This document shows, piece by piece, positions 63,697 to 64,000 of a stretch of 64,000 bases of DNA. Numbering within the stretch: position 1 is the stretch's first letter; each line of letters begins with the position of its first letter. The translations under genes and the position numbers were made by a program. Where the stretch lies: contig CBDFFH010000051.1 of the NCBI GenBank assembly GCA_965246715.1, positions 197,803 to 261,802 of the forward strand, written 5' to 3'. The notes beneath the pieces were generated by a model. It saw only the letters and a list, made by a program, of their open reading frames with translations, made no database searches and was not told the origin of the DNA. Source of the DNA: Chamaesiphon sp. (GTDB taxonomy: Bacteria; Cyanobacteriota; Cyanobacteriia; Cyanobacteriales; Chamaesiphonaceae).

Positions 63697-63924
63697 ATGC
63701 TAATAGCAAATCCAACTACTCGTTCTAGAGCTATGAATGAAGCTACTCTCACAGCAGATATTAGTGTTATCAAATCTCAATTAGAGACAGAGATTATCAA
63801 ATACCAATCGGAAATTTATTTACGTCAAGCAAAAATTCATGCTTTAGATGTCTTGGCAACAGCGATACCGTTCAAAATTGGCTTCAAGAAAGAACCCAGC
63901 ATTAGATGGTGCTACTCCCACTGA
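63697..63924 (+). CDS. Small hypothetical protein (helical), possibly a fragment
   Basis: 75-aa ORF with coiled-coil-like N-terminal half; no family recognised. Confidence 0.4.
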   Translation: MLIANPTTRSRAMNEATLTADISVIKSQLETEIIKYQSEIYLRQAKIHALDVLATAIPFKIGFKKEPSIRWCYSH

Positions 63925-64000
63925 GTTATTAAACACAGCAGCCGGATTAGAGTGGGTAATCGATCTTGTTAATGCAATTAGACACGGTGTATACATGTGA

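Overview
This is a 64 kb chromosomal window from a cyanobacterium. Evidence: psbM, pentapeptide-repeat proteins, an SLH-OprB porin and very dense CGATCG/HIP1-type palindromes. It resembles Chamaesiphon, but that assignment is inference. The first ~43 kb is mostly core genes: psbM, a 2Fe-2S ferredoxin, recN, a phosphomannomutase, the rpsL-rpsG-fusA-tuf-rpsJ operon, purT, dgt, an Hsp70-like protein, a USP protein and an FHA-PBP1A. Accessory genes are mixed in: three tandem secreted paralogues with a shared Cys-bracketed C-terminal motif, a GT/acetyltransferase pair and a GH68/32-like hydrolase. The last ~21 kb holds the most interesting system. A compact operon encodes a tryptophan-type aromatic prenyltransferase (DMATS/ABBA) fused to a heme-oxygenase-like diiron oxidase domain, plus a class-V PLP enzyme. 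It reads directly into a 14 kb cluster of four multidomain sensor/phosphorelay proteins. A DGQHR (DndB-like) gene broken by two single-base insertions lies at the right end. The intergenic DNA contains a modular, nested family of small palindromic mobile repeats, including insertions into HIP1 sites. No rRNA, tRNA, CRISPR array or transposase gene was seen. All product calls come from motif recognition by eye; no database searches were run.
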